Origin: Mustelus asterias
Taxonomy: Eukaryota
Length of the DNA stretch: 64,000 bases
Assembly: GCF_964213995.1 (NCBI RefSeq)
Contig: NW_027590128.1
Location: 1,426,001 to 1,490,000 of the forward strand
Direction of reading: 5' to 3'
The notes beneath the pieces are model-generated. The model ran no database searches and had not been told where the DNA came from. It saw only the letters and a program-made list of their open reading frames with translations. A program made the position numbers and the translations under genes. Shown here in pieces: positions 1 to 11,927 of this stretch (position 1 is its first letter; every line of letters starts with the position of its first letter).

Positions 1-84
1 AAGCCTGTTTTCATCCTCACTCGCCCTGCCTACGAGTCCCTCCTTAGCCTGCTGCAATGCTCCACTGAAGCCCCAAGGGTACTC

Positions 85-355
85 TTTAAAAATAAGGGGT
101 CGCACGTTTAGGAGAGGAAGAGTGGGGAGGTTTTCCTCTCAGAGGGTCATGTGTCCCTGGAAGTCCCTCCCTCAGAAGGCAGTGGAAGCAGTCTTTCAAT
201 ATTTTTAAAGGCAGAAGGAGCTAGATTCTTAGTAAACAAGGAGTGTGAAAGGTGATCAGTGTTGGCAGAAGCTTATAATGAGATCGGCCATAATCTTATT
301 TACTGGCAGAGCAGGCCGGAAGTGACCAACTCCTACTTCTCAGTAGCCTGTATGT
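85..355 (+). mobile_element. Degenerate CR1 LINE 3' fragment
   Basis: Resembles the 3' end (RT C-terminus and UTR) of the better-preserved CR1 copies in the window; boundaries approximate. Confidence 0.55.
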
Positions 356-867
356 TACTGTATACATATTAAAATTTCGCGGTGGCTTGGTAAGGCGCAC
401 GTGTAAGAGACGTAGCAAGAACTGTTCCTGGAATCGAAGATGAGCAAGTCGGGTTTACATTGCCAATTGTTAGGGTTTGGGATTCATTGTCTCAAAACCA
501 GAGTAAACATTTTCCGTGGTGACTTTCGAAAGAGAATGATTACAAAATCCAAAATATAACATGTCGAGGGACATGTGCCAACGGTTTTTTTTTAGCTCAT
601 TGAGATAGCAAGCATGCGCTCGTTAGGCCGAATTGCCTCGTTCTTTAATGTATGAACCGGATGGGTGACAGGATTGACTGGAGTGCAACACTTTCATTTG
701 ATTCACTAATAGTTGCTGCCTGAAGAATCGGTTAAACAGAAACTTGTTAATTCTTGGATTCTTTCTCAATAATTTTCATTCATTGGGCTATGAGTATTAT
801 TCGCAAGGCCAAAAATTGTTGCTAGTCCGAAATGCAAATTACTGCGGATTCTATAATCCAAAACAAA

Positions 868-1050
868 AACAAAACATTCTGGAATATCTCAGTGGGTCTG
901 ACAGCATCTGCGGAGAGAGAATAGAGCCAAAGTTTCGAGTCTCGATGACGATTCGTCAGGGCCATCCGGACTCGAAACGCTAACACTATTCCCTCTTCAC
1001 AGATGATGTCAGAGCTGCAGAGCTTTTCCAGCATTTTCTGGTTTTGTATT
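868..1050. mobile_element. Degenerate palindromic Penelope-like pLTR fragment
   Basis: Imperfect inverted repeat (aaaacattctgga...gacagcatctg / cagatgatgtc...tccagcatttt) with a decayed CTGANGA...GAAA hammerhead-like core on the minus strand. Confidence 0.5.
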
Positions 1051-1121
1051 GCTCTTGTTAATTGCCCTTGAACAGTACAGTTTGCTAATGGCCATCTCAG
1101 ATGATAGTTCACAGTCAACCA

Positions 1122-1440
1122 GGGGAGGGAATGGCGAGTAATATTATCGCTAGAGTATCAATCCAAAAACTCAGCTAATGTTCTGGGGTCCCATGTTTGA
1201 AACACAATCCAATAAAAATATCTGAAATTTCGAATCTACTGATGACAGTGAAATCATTGCCAATTGTCAGAAAAAAACATTTGGGTCACTATGTCCTTTG
1301 GGGAAGGAAATCTGCCGTGCTTACCTGGTTTGGCCAACACGTGAGTCCAGAGCCACATCAATGTGGTTGACTGTCAACTGCCCTCCAAGGGCAACTGGAG
1401 ATGGGCAATAAACGCCCATGTTCCATGAATTAATAAAAAA
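1122..1440 (+). mobile_element. tRNA-derived SINE (family B; 3' tail shared with the LINE at 8820-10790)
   Basis: Shared body ggttcactaatgtcctttagggaaggaaatctgcc and tail gggcaataaa...catgaat(aa)n. Other copies at about 2780-3070, 10911-11250, 19372-19745, 21740-22058 (-), 51756-52090 and 62237-62550. Confidence 0.6.
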
Positions 1441-1924
1441 ATACTGTGTGTCAGGAGTCACATGAAGCCAGTCGGTGTAAAGACCGCAGATTTTCTTTCT
1501 TAAGGCGGGGAAGCAAGTGATTTCGCTCGACTGGATTGAGGAGTTGGGACGGGGTGATACGAGGAAAGATCAGACAGAGTCCATTGGAGTACAGAAGATT
1601 GAGTGATGATTTTTTGAAACATATATGATCCTTTGGGCGGGTGGGTGGCGGGGGGTGGGGGGGGGGGGGAGGTGGGGGGGAGGGTCGGAGGGGTGATGGG
1701 GACAGCGGTGTGAGGGTGGAAGTTGACAGAATGTTTAACCTTTGCGGGACAGATAGGAAAGAGGGCGAAGAAGAGAGGAATTGTTTCTTCTCTCACATGC
1801 CTGTGTGCTTTTGGAACTGTCTTATGCAGAAATCTCCTGCAGCTTCAGTCGCTGGGAAAGTCTCTGAAAATATTCATGCTTGTCGACAATTGGCAACATC
1901 TGGCCTCTCACTCCTCCCCCCGCA

Positions 1925-2065
1925 CTGCTTAACTGCCACCTCGCTGCTGGAGTTTCCAGTCCCGGGTGATTAAACCACACGTTCTGGTCTTTGAGTAAAC
2001 TGAGAGGCTCAGCGACCTCTTGACTGAAACCGCACACTCGGCCCACATCCTGCTGCCGTTGGTCG
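1925..2065. promoter_or_regulatory. Candidate T-cell enhancer 3' of C-delta
   Basis: Motif cluster in non-repeat DNA: MYB TAACTG 1930-1935, RUNX AACCACA 1973-1979, TCF/LEF-like CTTTGA 1989-1994, RUNX AACCGCA 2028-2034, ETS CAGGATGT (minus) 2045-2052, MYB CAACGG (minus) 2056-2061. Confidence 0.35.
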
Positions 2066-2391
2066 CCTTGTCAACCAGACCCTGGTTCCCCCAGACCCTG
2101 GTTCCCCCAATCAACAGTAAACGCATGTATCATTATATCTCAACAGTTTCTATCAAAATAAGCAAGGCAAAGTCGATTAACCCCCCTACTGCCAACAAGC
2201 AAAAGAAAATCAACACCTGAGAGGAAATTCAGAGCATGAACATCAAGACTGAGAAGTTTAATTTGTGCCATTCCTGTTAGAGAGCTGGATCATTCCTCTT
2301 AAAATATCAAGTACAGGTTGAGAAGTCACACTAAAGTTTTATGGGTTTGTTGCTCGGGGGAGCGGTCTCTGGGCAAGTCATCCAGAGTCCT

Positions 2392-2720
2392 CGGCACAGT
2401 GGTTAGCTCTGCAGTGCCAGAGACACGGGTTCGATTCCAGCCTTGGGTGGCTGCCTGTGTTGAGTTTGCACGTTCTCGCGTGTCTGCGTGGGTTTCACCC
2501 GGTGCTCTGGTCTCCCTCAGTCCAAGGATGTGCAGATTGGGTAGATTGGCCATGGCAAAATGCACCTTTGTGTCCCACAGATGTGCAGGTTAGGTGGATT
2601 GACCGTGGGCAGAGAGGAGGGTCTGGGTTGATTTCTCTTTCGGAGAATCAGTGCAGACTCGATGGGCCGAACGGCCTCTTTCTGCAGTGTATGGTTTTTA
2701 CGATTCTATTATTATATTCC
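2392..2720 (+). mobile_element. HE1-type V-SINE
   Basis: tRNA-like head (ggcacagtggttagc...gggttcgattcc), V-domain (gtgtctgcgtgggttt..ccggtgctc) and CR1-like tail. Confidence 0.75.
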
Positions 2721-3364
2721 ATGGTGAACACGGGCCCAAAACCCATCATGATCAATTGTTCCTCCCTCCCCCTTCAGGGGTGTTGTAACGGCATGACGAT
2801 TAATCCAGAGAGCCAGGGCTAAAGCTTTGGACACACATGAGGATTGAATTCCTGCCATGGCAGTTAGAGAAATCTGAATTCAATAAAAGCAACCTGGAAT
2901 TCAACAAGCGAACCATGAGTCAATTGTTGTTAAAACCCATCTGGTTCACTACATGAGACTTCAAGTACAACACCATGGTCAATGCAACCCACCCGGTTCA
3001 ATGGTGATTCGGGATGGGAAATACATTCTGGCCCTGCCGGAAATGCACGTACCGCTGGGTGAAGCAACAAATATATTGTGTGTGGGAGTCACTGGCCTGG
3101 CTAACATTTATAGCCCAATGCAAATGGCCCTATTTACTGCTGCAGCCGATGTAGCTAAACCAGGCACAGGAGCAGCGTTTCTCTTTGGGTATTGGGAACA
3201 TTTTGGGATTCTTTTCGCTTTCCCAGCCTGTGGGGGTTAACTCTTCAATTCGTCATTCCTATCAGGAATTACCTTAACTCCTATTGTTTTTCGTTGTTAT
3301 ATTTTTCGGCGGGTTGGGGAGGGGGGGTGGGGCGGCAGAATAACGGTAAGACCACCAAAATAAA

Positions 3365-5612
3365 AGCGTGTCTGAATTGAGGACTGTGACAAGTGGTGTT
3401 CCTCAGGGATCAGTGCTGGGACCTTTGCTGTTTGTAATATATATAAATGATTTGGAGGAAAATGTAACTGGATTGATTAGTAAGTTTGCAGACGAAACAA
3501 AGGTTGGTAGATTTGCGGATTGGTAGATTTGCAGATAGCGATGAGGACCATCAGAGGATGCAGCAGGATATAGATCGGTTAGAAACTTGGGTGGAGAGAT
3601 GGCAGATGGAGCTCAATCCGGACAAATGTGAGGTAATGCATTTTGGAAGGTCTAATGCAGATAGGAAATATACAGTAAATGGCAGAACCCTTAAGAGTAT
3701 TGATAGCACAGGGATCTGGTGTACAGGTCATTGAAAGTGGCAACGCAGGTGGAAAAGGTAGTCAAGAAGGCATACGGCATGTTTGCCTTCATCGGCCGGG
3801 GCATTGAATTTAAAAATTGGCAAGTCAAAAATTGGCAAGTCCCTCATGGTAGGTTGGTGCAAAAGGTTGGATCTCATGAGATAAAGGGGGAGGTGGCTAG
3901 ATGGGTGGAGAACTGGCTTGGTCACAGGAGACAGAGGGTGGTAGTGGAAGGGTCTTTTTCCGGCTGGATGCCTGTGACTAGTGGTGTTCCGCAGAGCTCT
4001 GTATTGGGACCTCTGATGTTTGTGATTTATATAAACGATCTGGAAGAAGGTGTAACTGGGGTGATCAGTAAGTTTGCGGACGACACAAAAATGGCTGGAC
4101 TTGCAGATAGTGAGGAACATTGTCAGAGGCTACAGAAGGATATAGATAGGCTGGAAATTTGGGCAAAGAAATGGCAGATGGAGTTCAATCCAGATAAATG
4201 CGAAGTGATGCATTTTGGTAGAACTAACGTAGGGGGGAGCTATACGGTAAATGGCAGAACCATAAAGGGTGTAGATACGCAGAGGGACGTGGGTGTGCAA
4301 GTCCACAGGTCCTTGAAGGTGACGTCACAGGTGGAGAAGGTAGTGAAGAAGGCATATGACATGCTTGCCTTTATAGGACGGGGCATAGAGTATAAAAATT
4401 GGGGTCTGATGTTGCAGTTGTATAGAACGTTGGTTGGGCCACATTTGGAATACTGCACCCAGTTCTAGTCGCCACACTACCAGAAGGACGTGGAGGCTTT
4501 ACAGAGAGTGCAGAGGAGGTTTACCAGGATGTTGCCTGGTATGGAAGGGCTTAGTTATGAGGAGAGATTGGGTAAACTGGGGTTGTTCTCACTGGAAAGA
4601 TGGAGGATGAGGGGTGACCTAATAGAGGTGCATAAAATTATGAAAGGCATAGATAGGGTGAACGGTGGGAAGCTTTTTCCCAGGTCGGTGGTGACGTTCA
4701 CGAGGGGTCATAGGTTCAAGGTGAGGGGGGAGGGGGGGAGGTTTAATACGGATATCAGAAGGACGTATTTTACACAGAGGGTGGTGCGGGCCTGGAATGC
4801 GCTGCCGGGCAAGGTGGTGGAGGCGGACACACTGGGAACGTTTAAGACTTATCTAGATAGCCACATGAACGGAGTGGGAATGGAGGGATACAAAAGAATG
4901 GTCTAGTTTGGATCAGGGAGCGGCGCGGGCTTGGAGGGCCGAAGGGCCTGTTCCTGTGCTGTATTGTTCTTTGTTCTTTGTTGTTCTTTGTTCATGTTGC
5001 AGCTTTATAGAACGTTAGTTAGGCCGCACTTGGAATATAGTGTTCAATTCTGGTCGCTACACTACCAGAAAGATGTGGAGGCTTTGGAGAGGGTACAGAA
5101 AAGATTTACCGGGATGTTGCTTGGTATGGAGTGCATTAACTATGAGGAGAGTTTGGAGAAACTTGGGTTGTTCTCACTGGAATGACGGAGGTTGAGGGGT
5201 GACCTGATAAAAATGTACAAGATTAGTAGGGGCATTGGCAGAGTGGGTAGTCAGAAGCTTTTTTCCAGAGTGGAAGAGTCAATTACTAGGGGGCATAGGT
5301 TTAAGGTGCAATGGGCACGTTTCAAAAGAGATGTACGAGGCAAGTTTTTTACACAGAAGGCGGTGGGTGCCTGGAACCCGCTGCTGGGGAAGGTAATGGA
5401 AGCAGATACAATTGTTAGTTTTAAAGGGCGTCTGGACAAATACATGAATAGGATGGAAATAGAGGGATATGGTTCCTGGAAGGATAGGGGGTTTTAGTTC
5501 AGTCGGGCAGCATGATCGGTGCAGGCTTTTTGGGGAGGCGGGGGCGGGCGGGGGGAGGAGGTGGGGCAAAGGCCCTGTTTCTGTGCTGTAATTTTTTTTG
5601 TTCCTTGTTCTT
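3365..5612 (+). mobile_element. CR1 LINE (outer copy, RT region) interrupted by a second CR1 at 3842-4993
   Basis: RT motifs [10 protein letters not shown] and KFAD; the outer sequence resumes at 4994 (atgttgcagctttatag). Confidence 0.9.
3842..4993 (+). mobile_element. Young 5'-truncated CR1 LINE (inner copy)
   Basis: ORFs 3719-4468 and 4490-4906 carry RT motifs (SKFADDTK); 3' (ttctttg)n tail; near-identical to 52499-54602. Confidence 0.92.
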
Positions 5613-5859
5613 TGTATTGGACTGGCCGTCGAGCGAATGAACCTCAGCCCTGAGACCAGGGGCTTCAAACCTGTGGACTTTCAATTGTTGGAGTTCAAAA
5701 AATAAATTGGCTCCAATTGGCAGGATCCGCCATGGGGAGCCGGTATCCTCATGATGGGCTGAGTGGCCTCCATTTGTGCTGCGCGACTACAAGAGCTCTC
5801 TGTCAACCAAACCAAATGCATGTCTTCCCATTGCGTTAACAAAGAAGCAGAAGACACCC

Positions 5860-6498
5860 TTCATTAAAGACTGCAATTTTATTCAATATTATAAGCGATG
5901 CATATGACAAAATAACAAGGTGACAGATATGCACAAAGGTGTGGTTAACGAACCAGAAGAGCATAAGACGGAGGAGCAGAAGTAGACCATTCGGCCCACC
6001 GGAGCTGTTTCGCCTTTCAATGAAATCATGGCTAGTTTGATATTATCCTCAACTCCACTTTACCACCTTAGCCCCATAACTCTCGCTTCCCCTGACTAAC
6101 CGGATGATCTTAAATGTGTATGAACGCCCCATTTGTGAAATAACCTGAGAGCAATAACCTGATTTTAGGCTAAGCCAGTGGCGAGATGTTCAAAAACTCT
6201 TGCTCATCTTACTTGTGAAATGCCGTGTAATGATAAAGCTCTGCACAGTGGCAAGTGGTGGCTCGATTATCTCTAAGGGTCCAGATGTACAGGCTGGGGT
6301 TTGGTGCCTCCGGGGCACTGGGAGGAAAATCTGGAGTCCAAGATCAAGTACGGGAGAGAGAATATCTCCTTGGCAACAATCTAAAAGCAGGTGGCATCCC
6401 ACTAACCGCCTGATATTCGCTCTGATCGACTTCCTTTGATTCAGAGGAGTAACTCCAGGCTGCCAAACTCACCCTTCCCTCCACTAGCTCTTGAAATA
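5860..6498 (-). other. TRDC: TCR-delta constant gene exon 4 (3' UTR) with polyA signal
   Basis: Pyrimidine-tract acceptor ...gtgtttctttcttag at 6500-6499; AATAAA on the minus strand at 5883-5878; follows the GT donor 1 nt after the TM stop, as in four-exon TRAC/TRDC genes. Confidence 0.65.
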
Positions 6499-7750
6499 CT
6501 AAGAAAGAAACACAGAGATTGATTAAAACTGAGCGGATCAGGTAGGGGTCATTTCAAAACCAGCTGACCTGTTCGCCATTCAAATCTAACTACTGAGTTA
6601 TCGAGTTTGATGAAAATCCGATCAGACCCTTGCTGATTTAATGTATCTTACGCTCTTAAATTGCATGCATTAAAATACAATGTTTAAAATAACTACCAGA
6701 GTAAAACAACCAAAAGGAACATGTGAGGTGCCATTACCTAGATTGCCCTGTAAAGGGCTGCCATTGTCACTATGGGCTGAGTGGCTGCTTTCTCTGGAAT
6801 AGGATTCTACTATTCTCAGCAAAGAATATAAAAATCGAAGTTCTATATGTCCTAAAATTGAAAATGCTGTTTTCAAAAATGTCTCCGACACTAATGCAGG
6901 CAGAAACCATATAAATGTTAGCTCCACGCTGTTGCTGAAATGCATAATTGAAATGTTTATGTAGCATAAGCAGCAGAATTCATGCAGAACCACGAGTTTC
7001 AAATCAAAATAACAGTGGAAAAAAGTTACCGAAATGAGGATCTTTAAAAGTTAAGTCGTCATTTAAAACAAGCGAGATTGAATTGCTTGAAGCGGAACTT
7101 CTGATCAGGAAGCCTCTGGATTTTGATGCCCCAGTCAATGAGTTCACACCTGAATCCATTTCATTGTCCAATGCAGTTCTGTTTCGAATGGAAGGAGCAA
7201 CAGTAAGTCATCAAAGCAACATCAAAGAGTCAGCAAGCAAAGAACACATTGTATCTTTAGGGTCTCCATTAACATTCTCCAATAATATTCTCAGAAGCCA
7301 CTGCAAGTGCACAAGAACCCTTACAGTGCAGAAGGATGCGATTTGGCACATAGAGTCTGCACCGACTCTCCGAAAGAGCCACACAGCTCATGACCAAGGG
7401 ATGGGAGTAAAAAGTTAGGCGAGTCAGTGACACGCATAATTAAACAAAACTCTGGAGAGGTTTAAGAAGTCAAGGCTGCGATTGGGAGCGGGAGTAGGGG
7501 GGCGGAGCGGGAGTAGGGGGGCGGGGGCGGGGGAGGGGGGGGGGTGGTGCGGTGGCAAGGGAGGGATGAAAAGCGATGAGGATGGGGCACTGGAGTAAGA
7601 GTTTGTTTGTCTGAATGCATCCAAGTTAATGCTCACTCCACGGGTTAGTTTCAGCGTCTGCCTTAACAGTGGCCTCGCGAGATCCCGTCAATGGACATTG
7701 TTCATCACAGTTTGTCTTTCTTGGCACGCATCCAGGTGACCGACCTTACC

Positions 7751-7860
7751 TCAAAATAGCCACACCCTGGCCGTCATCATGACATTAAAGACAATGCTCT
7801 TGAAAAACAAAAGTCTTAGCCCCATCACCGTCAAAGACAAAAAGTTCACCCTCAGTCGAT
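7751..7860 (-). CDS. TRDC: TCR-delta constant exon 3 (transmembrane/cytoplasmic): (D)RLRVNFLSLTVMGLRLLFFKSIVFNVMMTARVWLF*
   Basis: AG acceptor at 7862-7861, phase 1; delta-type VNxxSLTVxGLR motif with intramembrane Arg and Lys; TGA 7753-7751, then G and donor gtaagg. Confidence 0.93.
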
Positions 7861-8269
7861 CTGCCAAAATAAGACAAACAAATGATAGATCTGGTTAATG
7901 GATATATCATTTTGAATTGAAAAACAACTGTATACCACTAATGTGATATTTTTTCCATTATCTAACTGCTTGACTTTCGTCCGTCTGTCCATCCCTGTCC
8001 GTCCGTCCGTCTGCTTGCCTGTCTATCTATCTTTATCTCTCTTCCACTCTGAATTTCTCTCTCTCTCTCCCCGCCTCTCCTCTTCTCTCGCTATCCCCCT
8101 CGATTTATATATCTCTCTCCCTCACTCTGTGTGACAATCTATCTTTCTCCCCATCTCACTATATGTCTATCATTCAATCTCCGGGTCTGTATCCGTGCCT
8201 ATTTGTCCACTTATCAATCTGTCTATTTGCAAGTATTTTACTTCGATAAATGTTGAAGAAAGCACATAC

Positions 8270-8332
8270 CGTTTTCCGTGTCACTTGATTCTGTCGAGAA
8301 ATCATTTCGACTTGTAGGGCATTTAGGTTCAT
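8270..8332 (-). CDS. TRDC: TCR-delta constant exon 2 (connecting peptide): (D)EPKCPTSRNDFSTESSDTEN
   Basis: 63-nt phase 1-1 exon bounded by ...ccttccag and gtatgt; contains the interchain Cys. Confidence 0.88.
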
Positions 8333-9244
8333 CTGGAAGGGCAAAAAAGACATTTGACTTATTAAGTGAGCGAGTGACATTACTGGAACCATGTTTGGTC
8401 TCAGGATCACTTTGAATAATGTTGTCATAACCAATAACCACGAAGAAAGTAAGAATCAAACAGCACGATTGGACTTGTTCACTTGATGATTCACAACGGA
8501 GCAACATTGGTAGCTCTGCCATTTAGTTCGGCCCAAATCTGAGTTCAAAGAGTGCAGGGTCGATTCCCCATCAGGGATTAAAACCCAGGATCCAGGGCCG
8601 ATCCATCAGTGCAGTATTTCACTGTCTTCCGAAGAAGTCATGAATCCGAGGCCTGATTTCAGCTCTGCAGTGGATTAAATGATATCAGGGCATTTCTCCA
8701 GAGGAGCGGGGTTCTCCAGTGCCCTGGTTAGTATTTAATACTTTCGTAAATTCGGTGCTGCACCAGCAGCTGCGGCTCCTGGACACTGCCCTGAATTATA
8801 ATAGTTCGCTCTTATTATTTTTATTCACTTACGGAATGTGGACATCGCTGGCAGGTCAGCATTTATTGCCAATCCCTAATTGCCCACTTCAGAAGATGGT
8901 TGTGAGTCTCCTGCTTGAACCTCTGCAGTCTGTCAGGTGTAGGTACACACGCAGTGCTGTTAGGGAAGAAGTTCCACTATTTTGACCCAGCCACAGTGAA
9001 GGAACTGCCGATACATTTCCAAATCAGAATGCTGAGTGACTTGGAGGGGAACGTCCAGATGATGGTGTTCCCAGGCATCAGCTGCCCTTGTCCTCCGAAA
9101 TGATAGCGGTCGTGAGTTTGGAAGATTCAGCGGAAGGAGACTTGGAGAGTTACTGCAGTGTATATTGTGGATGGCACACACTGCTGCCACTGTGCATCGG
9201 TGGTGGAAGAAGTGGATGTTTGTGAATGGAGTATTTAATGCTCG

Positions 9245-9545
9245 AGCGGCACAGTGGCTAGTACTGCTGTCCCCACCCCTCCCCACAGCGGCAGGGACCT
9301 GGGTTCAATTCCCGGATTGGGTGACTGTGCAGAGTCTGCATGTTTTCCCCGTGTCAGCGGGGTTTGCTCTGGGTGCTGCAATTTCCTCCCACAGTCTGAA
9401 AGGTGTGCTGGTTAGGTGCATTGGCCATGCAAACTTTTTCATCAATGCACCCGAACAGGCGCCGGAGTGTGGCGACTAGGGGATTTTCAAAGTAACTTCA
9501 TTGCAGCTTTAATGTAAGCCTACTTGTGACACTAATAAATAAACG
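9245..9545 (+). mobile_element. V-SINE (HE1-related, alternative tail)
   Basis: tRNA head and V-domain; tail cccgaacaggcgccggagtgtggcgact...aataaataaac shared with the copies at 17364 and 50707. Confidence 0.7.
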
Positions 9546-9747
9546 TTTAATCAAGCGGAGCTGCTTCGTCCTGGATCTTGTCAAATTTCTAAGTGTTGTT
9601 GGAGTTGCACCCATCCAGGCAAGTAGAGAATACATTACCACAATCATGACTATATCTTGTGGATGGTGCAGATGATTTGGGGGTTCAGGAGATACGTTAC
9701 TCACCATAGGATTCCCAACCTCTGACATGCTCTTGCAGCCACAGCAC

Positions 9748-10387
9748 TTACAAAGAACAATGAACAAAGAACAGTACAGCACAGGAAACAGGCCCTTCGG
9801 CCCTCCAAGCCTGTGCCGCTCCATGGTCCAACGAGACCAATCGTTTGTATCCCTCCATTCCCAGGCTGCTCATGTGACTATCCAGGTAAGTCTTAAACGA
9901 TGTCAGCGTGCCTGCCTCCACCACCCTACTTGGCAGCGCATTCCAGGCCCCCACCAGCCTCTGTGTAAAAAACGTCCCTCTGATGTCTGAGTTATACTTC
10001 GCCCCTCTCAGCTTGAGCCCGTGACCCCTCGTGATCGTCACCTCCGACCTGGGAAAAAGCTTCCCACTGTTCACCCTATCTATCCCCTTCACAATCTTGT
10101 ACACCTCTATTAGATCTCCCCTCATTCTCCGTCTTTCCAAGGAGAACAACCCCAGTCTACCCAATCTCTCCTCATAGCTAAGACCCTCCATACCAGGCAA
10201 CATCCTGGTAAACCTTCTCTGCACTCTCTCCAATGCCTCCACGTCCTTCTGGTAGTGCGGCGACCAGAACTGGACGCAGTATTCCAAATGTGGCCTAACC
10301 AGCGTTCTATACAGCTGCATCATCAGACTCCAGCTTTTATACTCTATACCCCGTCCTATAAAGGCAAGCATACCATATGCCTTCTTC
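9748..10387 (-). mobile_element. Young CR1 LINE 3' fragment
   Basis: ORF 9748-10371 is the RT C-terminus (RPHLEYCVQFWSP); near-identical to the 3' part of 52541-53647. Confidence 0.92.
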
Positions 10388-11256
10388 TTATATGGATAGT
10401 CCAGTCCAGTTTCTGGGCAATGTTAACCCTCAGGATGTTGATGGGGGGATTCAGCTATGATAATGCCAGTAAATGCCAAGAGCTGATTGTTAGCTCCTTT
10501 CCTGTTGAAGGTGGTCATTGCCTGGAACATGTGTGGCACAAATGTTATTTGCAGTTTCTCAGTCAAAGCCGAGATATTTTCCAGCTGTTGCTGCATTTGT
10601 AATGCACTACTACAAGATCTGAGGTGTCATGAATGGTGCTGAAAATCGTTCAGTCATCAGCGAACATCCCAAATTCTGACCTTATAATGTATTGAAGGTG
10701 ACTGATAAAGCAACTGAAGCTGGTTGGGCCTGAGACACTGAGGAACTCCTGCAGTGAAGTCCCCAGACTAGAATAATTGACCGTCAATCATTAGTCAGCT
10801 AATCTTTCAAAAAGACTACATTTTGGGTGACGATGACACCGAGAGTCCTTCGGTTGTTAAGAGGATGGATAATATTTAGTGGACGTTCTTCCTATCATAA
10901 AACACTCTCAGAGGAGGCAGTGGCGCAGTGGCATTGTCACTGGACTAGTACTCCAACGACCCAGGATATTGATCTGGGGATGCGTGTTCGAAATCCACCA
11001 TGACAGATGCGAAATTTGATTATTTAAAAAAATGGAATTAGAAGTCTAATGATGACCATGAAATCATTGTCGATTATCGTTAAAACTCATCTGGTTCAGT
11101 AATATCCTTTAGAGAGGTAAATCTGCCGTCCTGGCATTGTCTGGCCGGCAAGTGACTCTTAAATGCCCTCTGCTGAAGGGTAGTTTAGGACTGGCAATAA
11201 ATGCTGGCCAAGCCAACGGCACCCACATCACATGAACGAAAATAAAATAAACTTAC

Positions 11257-11568
11257 CAATTTCAGCTGTGGGCGGGATGTTTACTGAGTAATTTTGATTA
11301 TCGTGAAATGCCTTGCACGTGATGTTTGGCGATTTCTCGGATTGGGGGAAAGAGAGAAAACCCGAGCTCCTGTAGTACCCACTCTCCAATAGGACACTGG
11401 ATCTTGTCACATTGGCCTCCTTGCCGGATCCCGTGCAAAGGGAGAGCTTGATTGTTTTGGGGGAGAAGTCCGAGGCCAAGCAAACGGCAGCTGTGTCGAT
11501 GTCGGTTGTTCCCGGTGGCACTGGCGGGTAAAAAATGTTCAATTTTGGGATTTTCGGGTCTTTCGCCT
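11257..11568 (-). CDS. TRDC: TCR-delta constant exon 1 (Ig C domain): AKDPKIPKLNIFYPP...AAVCLASDFSPK...NITCKAFH...TAEI
   Basis: 312-nt phase 1-1 exon (ttccag / gtaagt); C1-set VCLASDFSP and ITC motifs; splices in frame to the hinge and delta-type TM exons. Confidence 0.92.
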
Positions 11569-11766
11569 CTGGAAATTTATGAAATAAAAGGAAAGAATCA
11601 GAATCCAACAGGATGACCTCCTCCAACCTGCCGCGCCATTCGATTAGACCGCATTTTTTCTGTGTCTTAACCCTATATAAGTTTCTCCATTAATTTACCG
11701 AATGCTGAGACTGGATAAGCTAGGGCTTTTTGCCTTCGCAAAGAGAAGGCTGAGGAGTGACGCCTC

Positions 11767-11927
11767 TCTCTCTCTCTCTCTCACACATGCACACATACAC
11801 ATGCACACATACACATGCACACGCACACATGCTCAGGCACATCAGCAGACACGCATACATGCACAGACACATATGCACACAAACACGCACACACACACCA
11901 AACACACAGACAGACACACACACACAC
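11767..11927. repeat. (CT)n/(CA)n-rich simple repeat
   Basis: Visible directly. Confidence 0.85.

Larger units (their letters stand above)
8820..10790 (-). mobile_element. Old non-LTR LINE 3' portion, host of nested SINE and CR1 insertions
   Basis: 3' tail matches SINE family B; decayed RT-like sequence; interrupted at about 9245-9545 and 9748-10387. Confidence 0.6.

Noticed and set aside
4320-4327. CRE palindromes inside CR1 copies (also about 53938)
   Set aside because: Part of the LINE coding sequence and not associated with any leader.
7751-11568. Calling the constant gene TCR-alpha because joining is D-less
   Set aside because: The TM exon VNFLSLTVMGLR...TARVWLF is delta-type, and the gene follows a NAR-TCR supporting V.
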